Shown in pieces: positions 36,403 to 45,884 of a stretch of DNA of 64,000 bases. Each line of letters starts with the position of its first letter. Within the stretch, counting starts at the first letter, position 1. This DNA comes from a phage. The translations under genes were made by a program, and so were the position numbers. Below the pieces are notes generated by a model. That model made no database searches. It was not told the origin of the DNA and worked only from the letters and a program-made list of their open reading frames with translations. Location: NCBI GenBank assembly GCA_018175275.1, contig GCA_018175275.1_4531.1. One strand, given 5' to 3'.

Positions 36403-37238
36403 CATATCTGGTATTGGGTGGTAATGGACAACTGGGACAAGCTTTACGTAAAGTGGCTCCTTCAAATGTGTCTTTAATTTATCCTAAAGAACGTGTAGAT
36501 ATTACAAATTTTGAAGCTGTGCGAAACGCTATTGTTGAAGATTATGTAGATGGTGTTATTAATTGCGCTGCTTATACGGCTGTAGATAAAGCAGAACAGG
36601 ATTTTGCTACTGCTTTGGCTGTTAATGCCTATGGCCCTGCAAATATTGCGGCAGTGTGCAGCAAACTTAAAATTGATTTTGTGCATATTTCTACAGACTA
36701 TATTTTTAATTATTCTCATCCTATTTTTGAAGACACTACACCTAACCCGATAAACAATTATGGGTATACGAAAGAACTCGGTGAAAAAATGGTGCGAGGA
36801 GTTAACCCAAACGCATATATTATTCGAACAGCGTCTGTATATAGTGAATTTGGAAATAACTTTCTAAAAACCATGTTGTCTCGCTATAATGATGGACAAC
36901 GTGATTTTATTATTGTTGCTGATCAGTTCTCTTGTCCAACATATGCCCCAGATTTAGCAGAAGCTATTTTTGAAGTATTAAAAACAGGTTGGTCAAGATC
37001 TGTAAAGACTTACCATTTTGCAGGAAGCCATCTTATTTCTTGGGCGGAGTTTGCGGAAAAGATCTTGACACAGATGCCAGAACCTGTTAAGATATCGGCG
37101 GTATCAGCTTCAACCTATAATGCTCCAGCAGCACGTCCGGTGAAGTCACAATTAGTAACCAGTCACTATCTTACAAAATCAGATTTAAATAAAGGTATTG
37201 AACGGTCTTTAGCAGTATTACTTAATAAGGAGAGGTAA
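36396..37238 (+). CDS. rmlD: dTDP-4-dehydrorhamnose reductase (RmlD/RfbD)
   Basis: 280 aa; N-terminal LVLGGNGQLGQAL Rossmann motif; last gene of rml set. Confidence 0.6.
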   Translation: MLTYLVLGGNGQLGQALRKVAPSNVSLIYPKERVDITNFEAVRNAIVEDYVDGVINCAAYTAVDKAEQDFATALAVNAYGPANIAAVCSKLKIDFVHISTDYIFNYSHPIFEDTTPNPINNYGYTKELGEKMVRGVNPNAYIIRTASVYSEFGNNFLKTMLSRYNDGQRDFIIVADQFSCPTYAPDLAEAIFEVLKTGWSRSVKTYHFAGSHLISWAEFAEKILTQMPEPVKISAVSASTYNAPAARPVKSQLVTSHYLTKSDLNKGIERSLAVLLNKER

Positions 37239-37498
37239 TGGAATTTGTAATTTTTGGTAAACCTAACTGTCAATTTTGCGAAATGTCAAAACAACTATTA
37301 ACCATGCGCAATAAACAGTTTGAATATTTAAGTCTTGACCAAGACTACGATTTAGAATCAATGACTAAAACAGTTGTTGATCTTACCGGAGTTCCTCCAC
37401 GCACATTTCCACAAATTCTGTCTGAAGTGAACGGGGAGGTAACATACGTAGGCGGTTTTACCGAACTGCGTGATCTCATGGCTCAAATTGCGGAGTAA
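37238..37498 (+). CDS. glutaredoxin-like protein (NrdC/NrdH-type)
   Basis: 86 aa; CxxC active site in GKPNCQFCEM; thioredoxin-fold size. Confidence 0.55.
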   Translation: MEFVIFGKPNCQFCEMSKQLLTMRNKQFEYLSLDQDYDLESMTKTVVDLTGVPPRTFPQILSEVNGEVTYVGGFTELRDLMAQIAE

Positions 37499-37660
37499 CA
37501 ATTATGAAAAGTAAACAGAAACGTAAGATCTTTTCTCGTGCTTTGGCAAATGAGCTGAAGTCCAACATAAAGAAAACGAAACCAAAACGTGAAACTTCTC
37601 CAGAACACCTGTTGTTTAACGAGTTGGATCACGGAGTAGGAGATGACGAATAGGAAGTAA

Positions 37661-38161
37661 ATGGCTAAAGTAGTAGATGAGTTTGATATGCTACGAGTCG
37701 ATGAAGGACTGAAGCTTACTGTTTATCAAGACCATCTTGGTTATTGGACAGTCGGCATAGGACACCTTCTGACTAAAATAAAAGATAAAGCAAAGGCTAT
37801 TCAAATCTTAGATAATCTCCTTGGTCGTAAGACCAATGGAGTTATCACAGAAAAAGAAGCCCGTCAAATCTTTGCTGACGATGTTGCAAAAGTGAAGAGA
37901 GACATAAAAAACAGTGCTATCTTATCACCAATCTATGATAAGGTGAGTGATACTCGTAAATTGGGAATAATCAACATGGTTTTCCAGTTGGGGTTAAAAG
38001 GTGCTGAAGGGTTTAAAAATAGCTTGACTTTAATCAGCAATGCATATTATACTCAAGCAGGTAAAAACATGCGTAAAAGCCGATGGTATAGCCAGACGCC
38101 AAACCGTGCTGAACGAGTAATTAAAGTTCTGACTTCTGGAACTTTAGATGCTTACAACTAA
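37661..38161 (+). CDS. endolysin, T4-type lysozyme (GH24)
   Basis: 166 aa, near full-length similarity by eye to T4 lysozyme: LRVDEGLKLTVYQDHLGYWTVGIGHLLTK, KTNGVITEKEA, INMVFQLG, SRWYSQTPNRAERVI. Confidence 0.8.
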   Translation: MAKVVDEFDMLRVDEGLKLTVYQDHLGYWTVGIGHLLTKIKDKAKAIQILDNLLGRKTNGVITEKEARQIFADDVAKVKRDIKNSAILSPIYDKVSDTRKLGIINMVFQLGLKGAEGFKNSLTLISNAYYTQAGKNMRKSRWYSQTPNRAERVIKVLTSGTLDAYN

Positions 38162-38163
38162 TA

Positions 38164-38180
38164 AAGGGGCTTCGGCCCCT
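38164..38180 (+). terminator. GGGGC-TTCG-GCCCC hairpin (weak T-run)
   Basis: second copy of the tetraloop hairpin, directly after the lysozyme stop. Confidence 0.35.
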
Positions 38181-38197
38181 TCTAAAAGGAGTGCTAC

Positions 38198-38957
38198 TAT
38201 GGGAAATAAAACCGCAGCTAAAACACAACGGCAGAAACTGGCTAATTCAGCAAAGATTGAAAGCCGTTATGCAGCAAAAGCGGTAGGTAATGACGATTAC
38301 CGTTTAGATGAATTTATGCCTGAAGGGGACCAAAATAAGATTGTTCAAAGCATGATTTGGAATGATCTGACTGTTGTAAATGCTCCGGCAGGGACTGGTA
38401 AAACCTCTGTTGCTTTATGGAAAGCTTTGCAGATGCTTCGTTCAGGAGACTTCCGTAAACTACTTTTTATCAAGAACCCTACTGAAGTCGGAGATGACCA
38501 GATTGGTTTCTTGTCTGGGGATAAAACAGATAAACTAGCAGCACACTACGAATCTACAAAACGTATTTTCCAGCAATTCATGACAGCCAATAAATTGGAA
38601 AATGATATTGGATCAGGTAAGATCGAATTGAATATTCCTAACTATTTGTTGGGAGCTACCCTGGATAATACAATTGTCATTATTGACGAAGCACAACTTA
38701 TGTCAACAGAAACACTTAAACTTCTTATTGAACGTGCAGGTATTAATACGCATGTTATTGTATTAGGCGATGTTCGCCAGACATATGCAATTAAAAAACG
38801 TAGCAATGGTCTGCATCAAATTTTGGAACTTTTATATCCAGAAAATGAAGAAGGTGTTCGTGAGCCAATTGTAGATTTTATTGGATATGTTGAACTGACA
38901 ACGGACGATAATAAACGTGGACGTTTGTCTAAACTGATTACTGAAGTGTTTATTTAA
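38198..38957 (+). CDS. phoH: PhoH-like ATPase
   Basis: Walker A NAPAGTGKTSVAL, Walker B-like IVIIDEAQ; ATG 38198 with AAAAGGAG RBS (track ORF starts 38148). Confidence 0.65.
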
Positions 38958-38989
38958 TAACGTGGCAGGGAAGCCATTTATAAGGAGGA

Positions 38990-39493
38990 TTGATGGGTGT
39001 AGCAACAATAGCTATCGGAAGAAGTGGTATAGATGAGTGCTATCAAACGGGACTCGTAAAACCTAACGAATTTCGTCAAATTTGTGTAAACCATATTGAA
39101 AAAGAGATTGCTCTTACTTTAGAGAATATGACCCTCCGAGATAAACTGGAAATGTTTAAATGTTGGTGTCTAGGAGAAGATTGGCTTTTAAACCATTTTC
39201 AAGAACTTTCTGATAGTAAAGAAAGCTTGTTTGATTGTATAATAGGAATAGCTGGCTCCGATCCTAGCCTTCTGCACATAACAGAAGAAGAGGCGAAGTT
39301 ACTGTTCTTAAGTAATTTGTTTAATAAGAAAGCACTGCTTGTTCGTGATTGCAGTGATCTTCTTAATAACCCGCTCGCAACGTCTGATCAAATTTTTGTT
39401 GACAAAGAGACACTACGTGCGATAGAATACATCTGCAAATATGTGAATGGCGGGAAAGCGGTTCTTAAAACATTAACAGAGGAGGAAGAATAG
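38990..39493 (+). CDS. hypothetical protein
   Basis: 167-aa ORF with AAGGAGGA RBS. Confidence 0.4.
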   Translation: MMGVATIAIGRSGIDECYQTGLVKPNEFRQICVNHIEKEIALTLENMTLRDKLEMFKCWCLGEDWLLNHFQELSDSKESLFDCIIGIAGSDPSLLHITEEEAKLLFLSNLFNKKALLVRDCSDLLNNPLATSDQIFVDKETLRAIEYICKYVNGGKAVLKTLTEEEE

Positions 39494-40185
39494 TGACGAC
39501 AATTATTGCAACCAAGAATAAGATTTTGAGTGATGGTAAGGTAACTTTTGGCGGACGTGTAGATTCTATTAATTTCAAAAAGGTCCGAAAAATTGGAGAT
39601 TACCTTGTAGGTGGTGCTGGTCGTCTGACCTCCGTGCTTTCTTTCTTTCAATGGTTTGAACAAAACCTACAGTGCGAAGCAGCACGTGATGCTGTCCCTG
39701 GTTTGATGATTCATTCTGATCCAGATAAAGAAGATGAAGAGTTTATTGCGCTTGTTGTTCATCCAGACGGACGTATTTTCCTGCACGAAGGTAACAATCC
39801 AACACGTGCATATCCGATTGATGAAGAATATTATGCAGTAGGAAGTGGGTCAGACTTTGCTTTAGCTGCTCTTGATGCAGGGGCAACACCAGAACAAGCT
39901 ATGGAAGTAGCTAAAAAGCGAGATGCTTTTTCTGGTGGTGAAACATTTATTGAAGAACAAGACGAGATTATTGAATTAACAGACGATGATTTAGAAAACT
40001 TCTCCAAAGAAGAATTAATCAATCTTTTGAAATTCGGTAATCCCTACGGTGAAGAAGAACCTCGTAACGTGGCAGGTAACGAGGCGGACACTGAAGAAAA
40101 ATCTGTTGCAGAAAACAACTTGACTTCTAAATCTGAAAATATTAATCTCGTAAATGTGGCGGATTTCGAAGGAACCGCTATTTAA
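39493..40185 (+). CDS. HslV-like N-terminal-nucleophile peptidase with acidic C-terminal extension
   Basis: 230 aa; N-terminus M-TTIIA (Thr at 2), VGGAG, YAVGSGSDFALAALDAG parallel HslV TTIVSV/GFAGG/IAIGSGGPYAQAAARA; about 70-aa acidic tail. Confidence 0.5.
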   Translation: MTTIIATKNKILSDGKVTFGGRVDSINFKKVRKIGDYLVGGAGRLTSVLSFFQWFEQNLQCEAARDAVPGLMIHSDPDKEDEEFIALVVHPDGRIFLHEGNNPTRAYPIDEEYYAVGSGSDFALAALDAGATPEQAMEVAKKRDAFSGGETFIEEQDEIIELTDDDLENFSKEELINLLKFGNPYGEEEPRNVAGNEADTEEKSVAENNLTSKSENINLVNVADFEGTAI

Positions 40186-40190
40186 CAAAC

Positions 40191-40212
40191 TGCCCCTTCG
40201 GGGGCATTTCTT
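40191..40212 (+). terminator. rho-independent terminator
   Basis: stem TGCCCC/GGGGCA with TTCG loop followed by TTTCTT. Confidence 0.45.
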
Positions 40213-40230
40213 AAACATAGGAGATTAATA

Positions 40231-40665
40231 ATGTTACAAGTTCCTGCTAAGTTTGTTGAAGGCGCTATCCACTCTTACCGTCAAACATGTAAGAGGGCAA
40301 GAAACTGTTTAGATGGTCTGGTGGCAAAAACCTATACTGTTGAAAAGAAGAAACGTTGGTTTGGCAAAGATGTTTACGAAGTTAATATTTTTGGTGAACA
40401 TAAACTAAACCACGATACTCCTGAAAACATGTTAGAAATATTTCTAAGAGATGACAAAATATCTCCTATGGATTACCAACTTTTAAAATTTTATGATTCT
40501 TCTTTGGCTATTGATAAGTTTGTTGAGGATATTTTGTCTAGAAAAACAGATAAAAACACTTATCCTCTAGAGGCTGATCAAATAGGATTATTAAACGAGA
40601 TTTCATCTTTTAAAGAGTTGGATAATATTACAAAAGAGGAGATTTTAGATGGCATTAGATTATGA
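40231..40665 (+). CDS. hypothetical protein
   Basis: 144-aa ORF with AGGAGA RBS. Confidence 0.4.
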   Translation: MLQVPAKFVEGAIHSYRQTCKRARNCLDGLVAKTYTVEKKKRWFGKDVYEVNIFGEHKLNHDTPENMLEIFLRDDKISPMDYQLLKFYDSSLAIDKFVEDILSRKTDKNTYPLEADQIGLLNEISSFKELDNITKEEILDGIRL

Positions 40666-41158
40666 TCGCCCAACGAGCGATTATTATCCTACACCGCAAA
40701 AAGCAATCAATAGTTTGTTTAGTGTTATAGATTTCAAAAATCTAAAGGAAGAAGGTTGGGTTTTTGCAGAACCTTGCAGAGGTGAAGCTGAAGCGATTTA
40801 TCGCCATTTTCCTGAAGGTTCAGAATATTGTGAACTTGAAGAAGGTAAGGATTATTTTAGTCACGAGTGGGAAAATCGTCCCGACATTATAATCACAAAC
40901 CCTCCATTTAAGTTAGCAATGGAGTTCTTGGAAAAGAGCTTAAAAGAGGCGGATGTTTGTATTTATCTTCTTCGGTTGGGCTTCTTGGAGTCAAAGAAAC
41001 GACGAGAGTTCCATCAAAAGAATCCACCGACAAACCTTATAGTTCTTTCAGAACGGCCTTCGTTTGTTGCAGGTGGAACAGATAAGACAGCATACGCTTG
41101 GTATGTATACGACCCAAAGAATCGTTTGGGCCTCTCTCAACCATTTTATTTTGTTTAA
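40649..41158 (+). CDS. putative methyltransferase-like protein (NPPF motif)
   Basis: 169 aa; IIITNPPFKLAMEF resembles N6-adenine/N4-cytosine methyltransferase motif IV; too short for a complete enzyme. Confidence 0.35.
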   Translation: MALDYDRPTSDYYPTPQKAINSLFSVIDFKNLKEEGWVFAEPCRGEAEAIYRHFPEGSEYCELEEGKDYFSHEWENRPDIIITNPPFKLAMEFLEKSLKEADVCIYLLRLGFLESKKRREFHQKNPPTNLIVLSERPSFVAGGTDKTAYAWYVYDPKNRLGLSQPFYFV

Positions 41159-41170
41159 GGAGTGTGAACT

Positions 41171-41407
41171 ATGGGTAAACTAATTATGACAGTGGCTATT
41201 GATTTTGATGAAGTAGATGAAAGCCTCAACCTTTCACTTTCTACTGATGTAGAGGGTGAAATGGATAATATTGAAGCAGCTACTGCTCTTTTCTTCAAAA
41301 AAGCTATTGAAGTTTATGCCGAACATGCTGCAAACCAAGCAGTAGACTATGGCGGCATCGTGCGAGCTTTGGTTCACTCTACCGAGAACAATGACTGGGA
41401 AGACTAA
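41171..41407 (+). CDS. hypothetical small protein
   Basis: 78-aa ORF. Confidence 0.35.
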   Translation: MGKLIMTVAIDFDEVDESLNLSLSTDVEGEMDNIEAATALFFKKAIEVYAEHAANQAVDYGGIVRALVHSTENNDWED

Positions 41408-41610
41408 TGGCTTACAATTATTACTGCATTTATGCACATGAAAAGAAAAAAGGTGACACTGGGACTAACGTTTATGCGGAGTCTGAATCTCATGCAAAAG
41501 AGATTGGTGCTATCCTTCTATCACGCTGGACTGGAAATAATTACAGTGCAGAAGATATGTTTGCAGAAGTGGATTCTGGTATCCAAGAAGACAACATAAC
41601 AACTACGTGA
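41407..41610 (+). CDS. hypothetical small protein
   Basis: 67-aa ORF. Confidence 0.35.
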   Translation: MAYNYYCIYAHEKKKGDTGTNVYAESESHAKEIGAILLSRWTGNNYSAEDMFAEVDSGIQEDNITTT

Positions 41611-41618
41611 TATACTTA

Positions 41619-41645
41619 TACTCCCTTCTCGGAGGGAGTATTTTT
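41619..41645 (+). terminator. rho-independent terminator
   Basis: stem TACTCCC/GGGAGTA followed by TTTTT. Confidence 0.5.
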
Positions 41646-41656
41646 AAGGAGGGATT

Positions 41657-41851
41657 ATGCAGAGCGGAGAAGAACTTTTAGAGAAACAATTCTCAACGCG
41701 TCAACAAGCTTTAAGTTATATGGTTTTTCTAAGTAATCTTGATGTGAATGAGATACTTTTACGGCGCGAAGGTAATTTCTGGAGCGTTAAATATCATGCA
41801 ACAAGGTCTGTAATCTACCTGGAAGAGGCGGAATTCTCTTTGGTAGAATGA
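41657..41851 (+). CDS. hypothetical small protein
   Basis: 64-aa ORF with AAGGAGGGA RBS. Confidence 0.35.
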   Translation: MQSGEELLEKQFSTRQQALSYMVFLSNLDVNEILLRREGNFWSVKYHATRSVIYLEEAEFSLVE

Positions 41852-42438
41852 TCCGAGGAGTAGTTATGCGTTCAACTTTCACTGGCAAAATAAACGCTGG
41901 TTTGATTTTTACCGCAGTAAGCATTCTTAGCAAAAAGTTTAAAGTTGTTAACTTACCTGTGTGTGTCGATTTCGATCATGTTTTTGATCCTTCGAACCCC
42001 ACTCGTTGCATAGTAAGGAGTAATGTTGAAAACCCAACAGAAAATCTTTTTTATGTAACAAAACCATCTCAAAGCATACTTAACCAGGTTGAGGCGAAAT
42101 TGATACCTAACGGTAAATATTACTCCTTTTTACCTTGTAAGTCGGTTGAAGTAGAGAATAGCAGTACTTTCGCTAACAACTTGTCTGTATTCGTTTTCTT
42201 TGTTTCGCACGAAGATGAAACAGATGAAATGGTAGCAACAGTGAGATCACTTTATGACTCTTTAGGGGTTGTTTATAGACAACAAGTGTGCGAAAATAAT
42301 AAAGCCTGTGTAGATTTCATTATCAACGGTATTTGTGTTTGTAGAGTAGAATCTTTTTGGCTGCACGATACATATGTGACTGTAGCAGAGGTTATATCTG
42401 AACCAAAATTTAGTCATGCGGTTTCGTTAATAATTTGA
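41848..42438 (+). CDS. hypothetical protein
   Basis: 196-aa ORF. Confidence 0.4.
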   Translation: MIRGVVMRSTFTGKINAGLIFTAVSILSKKFKVVNLPVCVDFDHVFDPSNPTRCIVRSNVENPTENLFYVTKPSQSILNQVEAKLIPNGKYYSFLPCKSVEVENSSTFANNLSVFVFFVSHEDETDEMVATVRSLYDSLGVVYRQQVCENNKACVDFIINGICVCRVESFWLHDTYVTVAEVISEPKFSHAVSLII

Positions 42439-42448
42439 GGAGGAAGGA

Positions 42449-42778
42449 ATGGAAATTACTACAGAACAAGCCCTTATCGACGAGGGTCGTAAAATCTTAG
42501 AAAAGCATTTAGGGGAGATTCATAAAACTCCTGGCTATTTGGGTTGGAGAATTGTTGAAGCTGTAGATTTCCTTCCTCGTAACAGTAAAAGCGTCGAAAT
42601 GCGATCTCTTTTCTTATTAGTAAAGGTGGATGGGGATACACCTTTTAAAGATGCCGCAGAGCATATTGAAAAAGTTGAAGAGAAAGCTTATGCAGAATTT
42701 GCCGATCTTGTTTTAGAACAAAAGATTGAAGGAAAGGTGAATATTTTTATTTTCTTAGATTTTGAGGAGGATAAGTGA
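42449..42778 (+). CDS. hypothetical protein
   Basis: 109-aa ORF with GAGGAGGAAGG RBS. Confidence 0.4.
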   Translation: MEITTEQALIDEGRKILEKHLGEIHKTPGYLGWRIVEAVDFLPRNSKSVEMRSLFLLVKVDGDTPFKDAAEHIEKVEEKAYAEFADLVLEQKIEGKVNIFIFLDFEEDK

Positions 42779-43518
42779 TCATACATAGAGAAATTACTGT
42801 TAAAAGCGATCAAGATCTTTTTATAATTGGAGATCTACACGGTTGTTATAATTTGTATGAAAAAGGAAAGGCAAAGTTAGGTATCCGAGATACAGATGTA
42901 GTTGTATCTTTAGGAGATCTTACTGACCGTGGAAAGCAAAACTTTCGTTGTGTTTTAGAATTTACTCGTAAACACAACCGCTACGCTATTCGTGGAAATC
43001 ATGAAGACATGATGATTAAAGGTATGCTGGAAGGAGATCGTAGCTACTTCGAGTGTTGGTATCAAAATGGAGGATATACAGTCCTTGAAGAATGTGGTGA
43101 AGAAGGAGCTACAGCCTTAGCAATGATGACAGAAGATTTACCTGTTGTTCTCATTGTTAACTACAGAGGCATGAAACTTGCGTTTATTCATGGTGGGTAT
43201 CCATCTTCTTTGGAATATCTCCCTGTAACAGATATTCCAGAATACACTTTGAAGATGACAAAAACACAGGAAAACCGTTTTGCTGAAGCACTTATGTGGG
43301 ACAGAGATATGGTGGACTGTGCTAAAGAGGGAATGAAACTTCCTGTTGTGATGGGTGTGGACTATGTGTTTCATGGACACTCTTATGTAAAAACACCTAT
43401 TATCAATGCGAATCGTGTTTATATGGATACTGGATCTGTGTTCAATAATAACTTAACATTTGCTTATTTCGATATGGACGGTGGTCTTCAATTTTATTCA
43501 ACTCTTGAGGAGGATTAA
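42775..43518 (+). CDS. Ser/Thr protein phosphatase (PPP-family metallophosphatase)
   Basis: 247 aa; GDLHG, GDLTDRG, RGNHE motifs in canonical order. Confidence 0.65.
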   Translation: MIIHREITVKSDQDLFIIGDLHGCYNLYEKGKAKLGIRDTDVVVSLGDLTDRGKQNFRCVLEFTRKHNRYAIRGNHEDMMIKGMLEGDRSYFECWYQNGGYTVLEECGEEGATALAMMTEDLPVVLIVNYRGMKLAFIHGGYPSSLEYLPVTDIPEYTLKMTKTQENRFAEALMWDRDMVDCAKEGMKLPVVMGVDYVFHGHSYVKTPIINANRVYMDTGSVFNNNLTFAYFDMDGGLQFYSTLEED

Positions 43519-43829
43519 TGTATAAGATTACAATTATTCAAAGTGTAGGTAATATCCGTAAAGAAGTTATCTTAGAAACAGAAGATGTTAATCTTGTTCG
43601 TGAGATTGTTTTTAAGGAAGATGACCTGCAAGCTGTAGAATCGGATGCACCGAATCTTATGGTGGATCAAGAATATTCTGAACTTCGTCGTATTTTTGAA
43701 GAGATTCAGAAGAAAGAAACACAACCTACCATAAAACCTTTTGGTCCTTATGATCCGAGCAATCCTAGCAGTCCTTGGATCATGAGAAATACGGAACCCT
43801 ATTATGCACCTTTTGAAATTACTTGCTGA
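43518..43829 (+). CDS. hypothetical protein
   Basis: 103-aa ORF, translationally coupled to the phosphatase. Confidence 0.4.
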   Translation: MYKITIIQSVGNIRKEVILETEDVNLVREIVFKEDDLQAVESDAPNLMVDQEYSELRRIFEEIQKKETQPTIKPFGPYDPSNPSSPWIMRNTEPYYAPFEITC

Positions 43830-43836
43830 GGTGTTT

Positions 43837-44418
43837 ATGGCAGAATTGTTTTATACGGGAGTTGGAAGTAGAGACATCTCCAAAGAAGAGTGGGCTTTGA
43901 TGGTAGGCATAGGGAAATGGCTTTCCAACCTTGGATTTAAATTAAGGTCTGGGAAGGCAGAGGGTAGTGATTCTGCTTTTGAAACAGGTGTCCAAGAGTC
44001 TGAAAATCCTAGCAACAAGGAGATTTATGTACCTTGGGAAAATTTCAAAGGTAATCAGATTCCAGGTGATGTTATTGTTCTTGCAAAACCAGATACAATG
44101 AACTATGCTATCTCTGTGCAATGGATCAAAGATGTTCACCCAGCTTATGAAAAGCTTAAGCAGGGCGCTAGAAAATTGCACCAACGTAATGTGCATCAGG
44201 TGTTAGGTAAAGATTTGGAGAATCCTGCTCCATCATGTTTCTTGTTGGCTTGTGCCGATACTGATAAACATGGAGATGCAAAAGGTGGAACAGCTACGGC
44301 TTGGAAGATAGCTAAAGCCAATAATGTTCCTTGTTTAAACATTCGTGGGAAAACAAAACAAGAGATTTACGATTTTCTACGACCTTTGGTAATGAGGGCA
44401 ATAACAAGTGATTCCTAA
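43837..44418 (+). CDS. hypothetical Rossmann-like protein (DprA/SLOG-type motif)
   Basis: GVGSRDIS ... LRSGKAEGSDSAFETG resembles the GxGxR...SGxAxGxD pattern of DprA/LOG-like folds; start set at ATG 43837. Confidence 0.3.
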   Translation: MAELFYTGVGSRDISKEEWALMVGIGKWLSNLGFKLRSGKAEGSDSAFETGVQESENPSNKEIYVPWENFKGNQIPGDVIVLAKPDTMNYAISVQWIKDVHPAYEKLKQGARKLHQRNVHQVLGKDLENPAPSCFLLACADTDKHGDAKGGTATAWKIAKANNVPCLNIRGKTKQEIYDFLRPLVMRAITSDS

Positions 44419-44920
44419 ACGTAAACGTGGTGAACAAAGAACAAACTTGGCAGAAATCTTAGATTACAACATGGTTAATGATGTGACAAAAGAAATTCTG
44501 CCTGTTGTAGAAGATATTCTTCAAAGAGGGTTACGATTCTGCTCGGATCGGGTGCATTTCATGTGGACACATAAAAGTGACTCCGCTTTGAATTTCTATC
44601 CTTTGGACTATACTCTGAACAATACGGAGATGAAAGATATCAACAAATACTTAATGGGATATAAAGATATAACAGAAACTGTTCTTGGAGAATTGGCAGA
44701 AATCTTGGCTAACGATATCCTTAGAAATATTAATAAGGCTCTTGACAGAAGCCCAGCAGGAGTAGTAGTATCTTTTGCTGTGCCAGATATGGTTAAATAT
44801 GAGTCTACAATACCTAATAAAGCTTATGCCTTTCTTCGGAGAGACGTTCGTGGAAATGTGTTGGAGATGGAGTCAAACTACAAGATTGAGGAGGTTTTAT
44901 GGCAGAGTTCGGATCAGTAA
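44408..44920 (+). CDS. hypothetical protein
   Basis: 170-aa ORF. Confidence 0.4.
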   Translation: MIPKRKRGEQRTNLAEILDYNMVNDVTKEILPVVEDILQRGLRFCSDRVHFMWTHKSDSALNFYPLDYTLNNTEMKDINKYLMGYKDITETVLGELAEILANDILRNINKALDRSPAGVVVSFAVPDMVKYESTIPNKAYAFLRRDVRGNVLEMESNYKIEEVLWQSSDQ

Positions 44921-45189
44921 CAAGTTTTGAAAGTAACTTCGTTACCGCTTGGGAAGCTTGGGATGAAATGGGTGTTGGGGAACTTTATTTTTACAATGTA
45001 ACACTACGTCCAGAGTATGCTTACCTGGTACCAGAAGGAACAGTTCAAATTGGCATGTATTTGTCTTCTCAAGACGGTGTTGTTCAATTTGAGTTTTATT
45101 CTAACACAACGGACAACGAATTTACATACCGCGCATTTCATGTCAACATGTCTTTAGGAGAGGAGAAATTTTATGACGACCAAGTTTAA
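44899..45189 (+). CDS. hypothetical protein
   Basis: 96-aa ORF. Confidence 0.35.
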   Translation: MAEFGSVTSFESNFVTAWEAWDEMGVGELYFYNVTLRPEYAYLVPEGTVQIGMYLSSQDGVVQFEFYSNTTDNEFTYRAFHVNMSLGEEKFYDDQV

Positions 45190-45370
45190 AACAGTAGAAG
45201 AAGCCGTAAAAGCAGCTTATGATGCTTTAGCGGAAGCAGAGCAGTTAGCAGACGAGACTGGAGAAGGTTTCCATTTCTCCCCTGAATATGGGATGGGTGG
45301 TTATTATGATCCAGAAGATGAAAATGAGAATACTGGGACAAATTGGCATCCATCTTCTTTAAGTTGTTAA
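45173..45370 (+). CDS. small acidic protein with C-terminal W-H-P-S-S-L-S-C tail (family member 1)
   Basis: 65 aa, AGGAGAGGAG RBS; C-terminus NWHPSSLSC. Confidence 0.5.
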   Translation: MTTKFKTVEEAVKAAYDALAEAEQLADETGEGFHFSPEYGMGGYYDPEDENENTGTNWHPSSLSC

Positions 45371-45381
45371 TAGGAGGTAAA

Positions 45382-45657
45382 GTGGGAATCGAAGATATCA
45401 AAGGTTATAAGGCGCATACTGACGATAAGATTGGCAAGGTTAACGCTATTAAAGATGCAGAAGAGCGTTTAGGTTTAATCTTCAAAGCTTTAGAGGAAGA
45501 GTATTGTGAAGCATATCATGGGTCTTTTGACGGCACAGAAAAAGAATTAGATGTTGCATACGAGCGTATTGATCAAATCCGTTGTGCTATTAAACATTTA
45601 AAAGAAGCTAGTATGTGGGCTTGTCGTTCAGTTTTCCAACCGGAGGAGAAATACTAA
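45382..45657 (+). CDS. hypothetical protein between tail-motif family members
   Basis: GTG 45382 after TAGGAGGTAAA; about 92 aa. Confidence 0.35.
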   Translation: MGIEDIKGYKAHTDDKIGKVNAIKDAEERLGLIFKALEEEYCEAYHGSFDGTEKELDVAYERIDQIRCAIKHLKEASMWACRSVFQPEEKY

Positions 45658-45875
45658 TGAGTGATCGTAATGTTGAAGAATTAACTGAAAAAGCCCAAGC
45701 TATTATGGCTTTAGTGGACGAACTTACAAAAGAAGCTGAAGATGCTGGTTTTGGTCTTAGTTTAGAAGATAACGCAATCTGTTTTGAAGATTGGCAATCC
45801 TCTTCTTGTTATGGTGAAGGTGATGATGGTTTTGTCGTTAATTCTCAAGGTGTTTGGCATAGTAGTAGCTGTTAA
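45656..45875 (+). CDS. small acidic protein with internal DWQSSSC and C-terminal VWHSSSC (family member 2)
   Basis: 73 aa from ATG 45656 with GGAGGAGAAA RBS. Confidence 0.5.
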
Positions 45876-45884
45876 GGAGAGATT

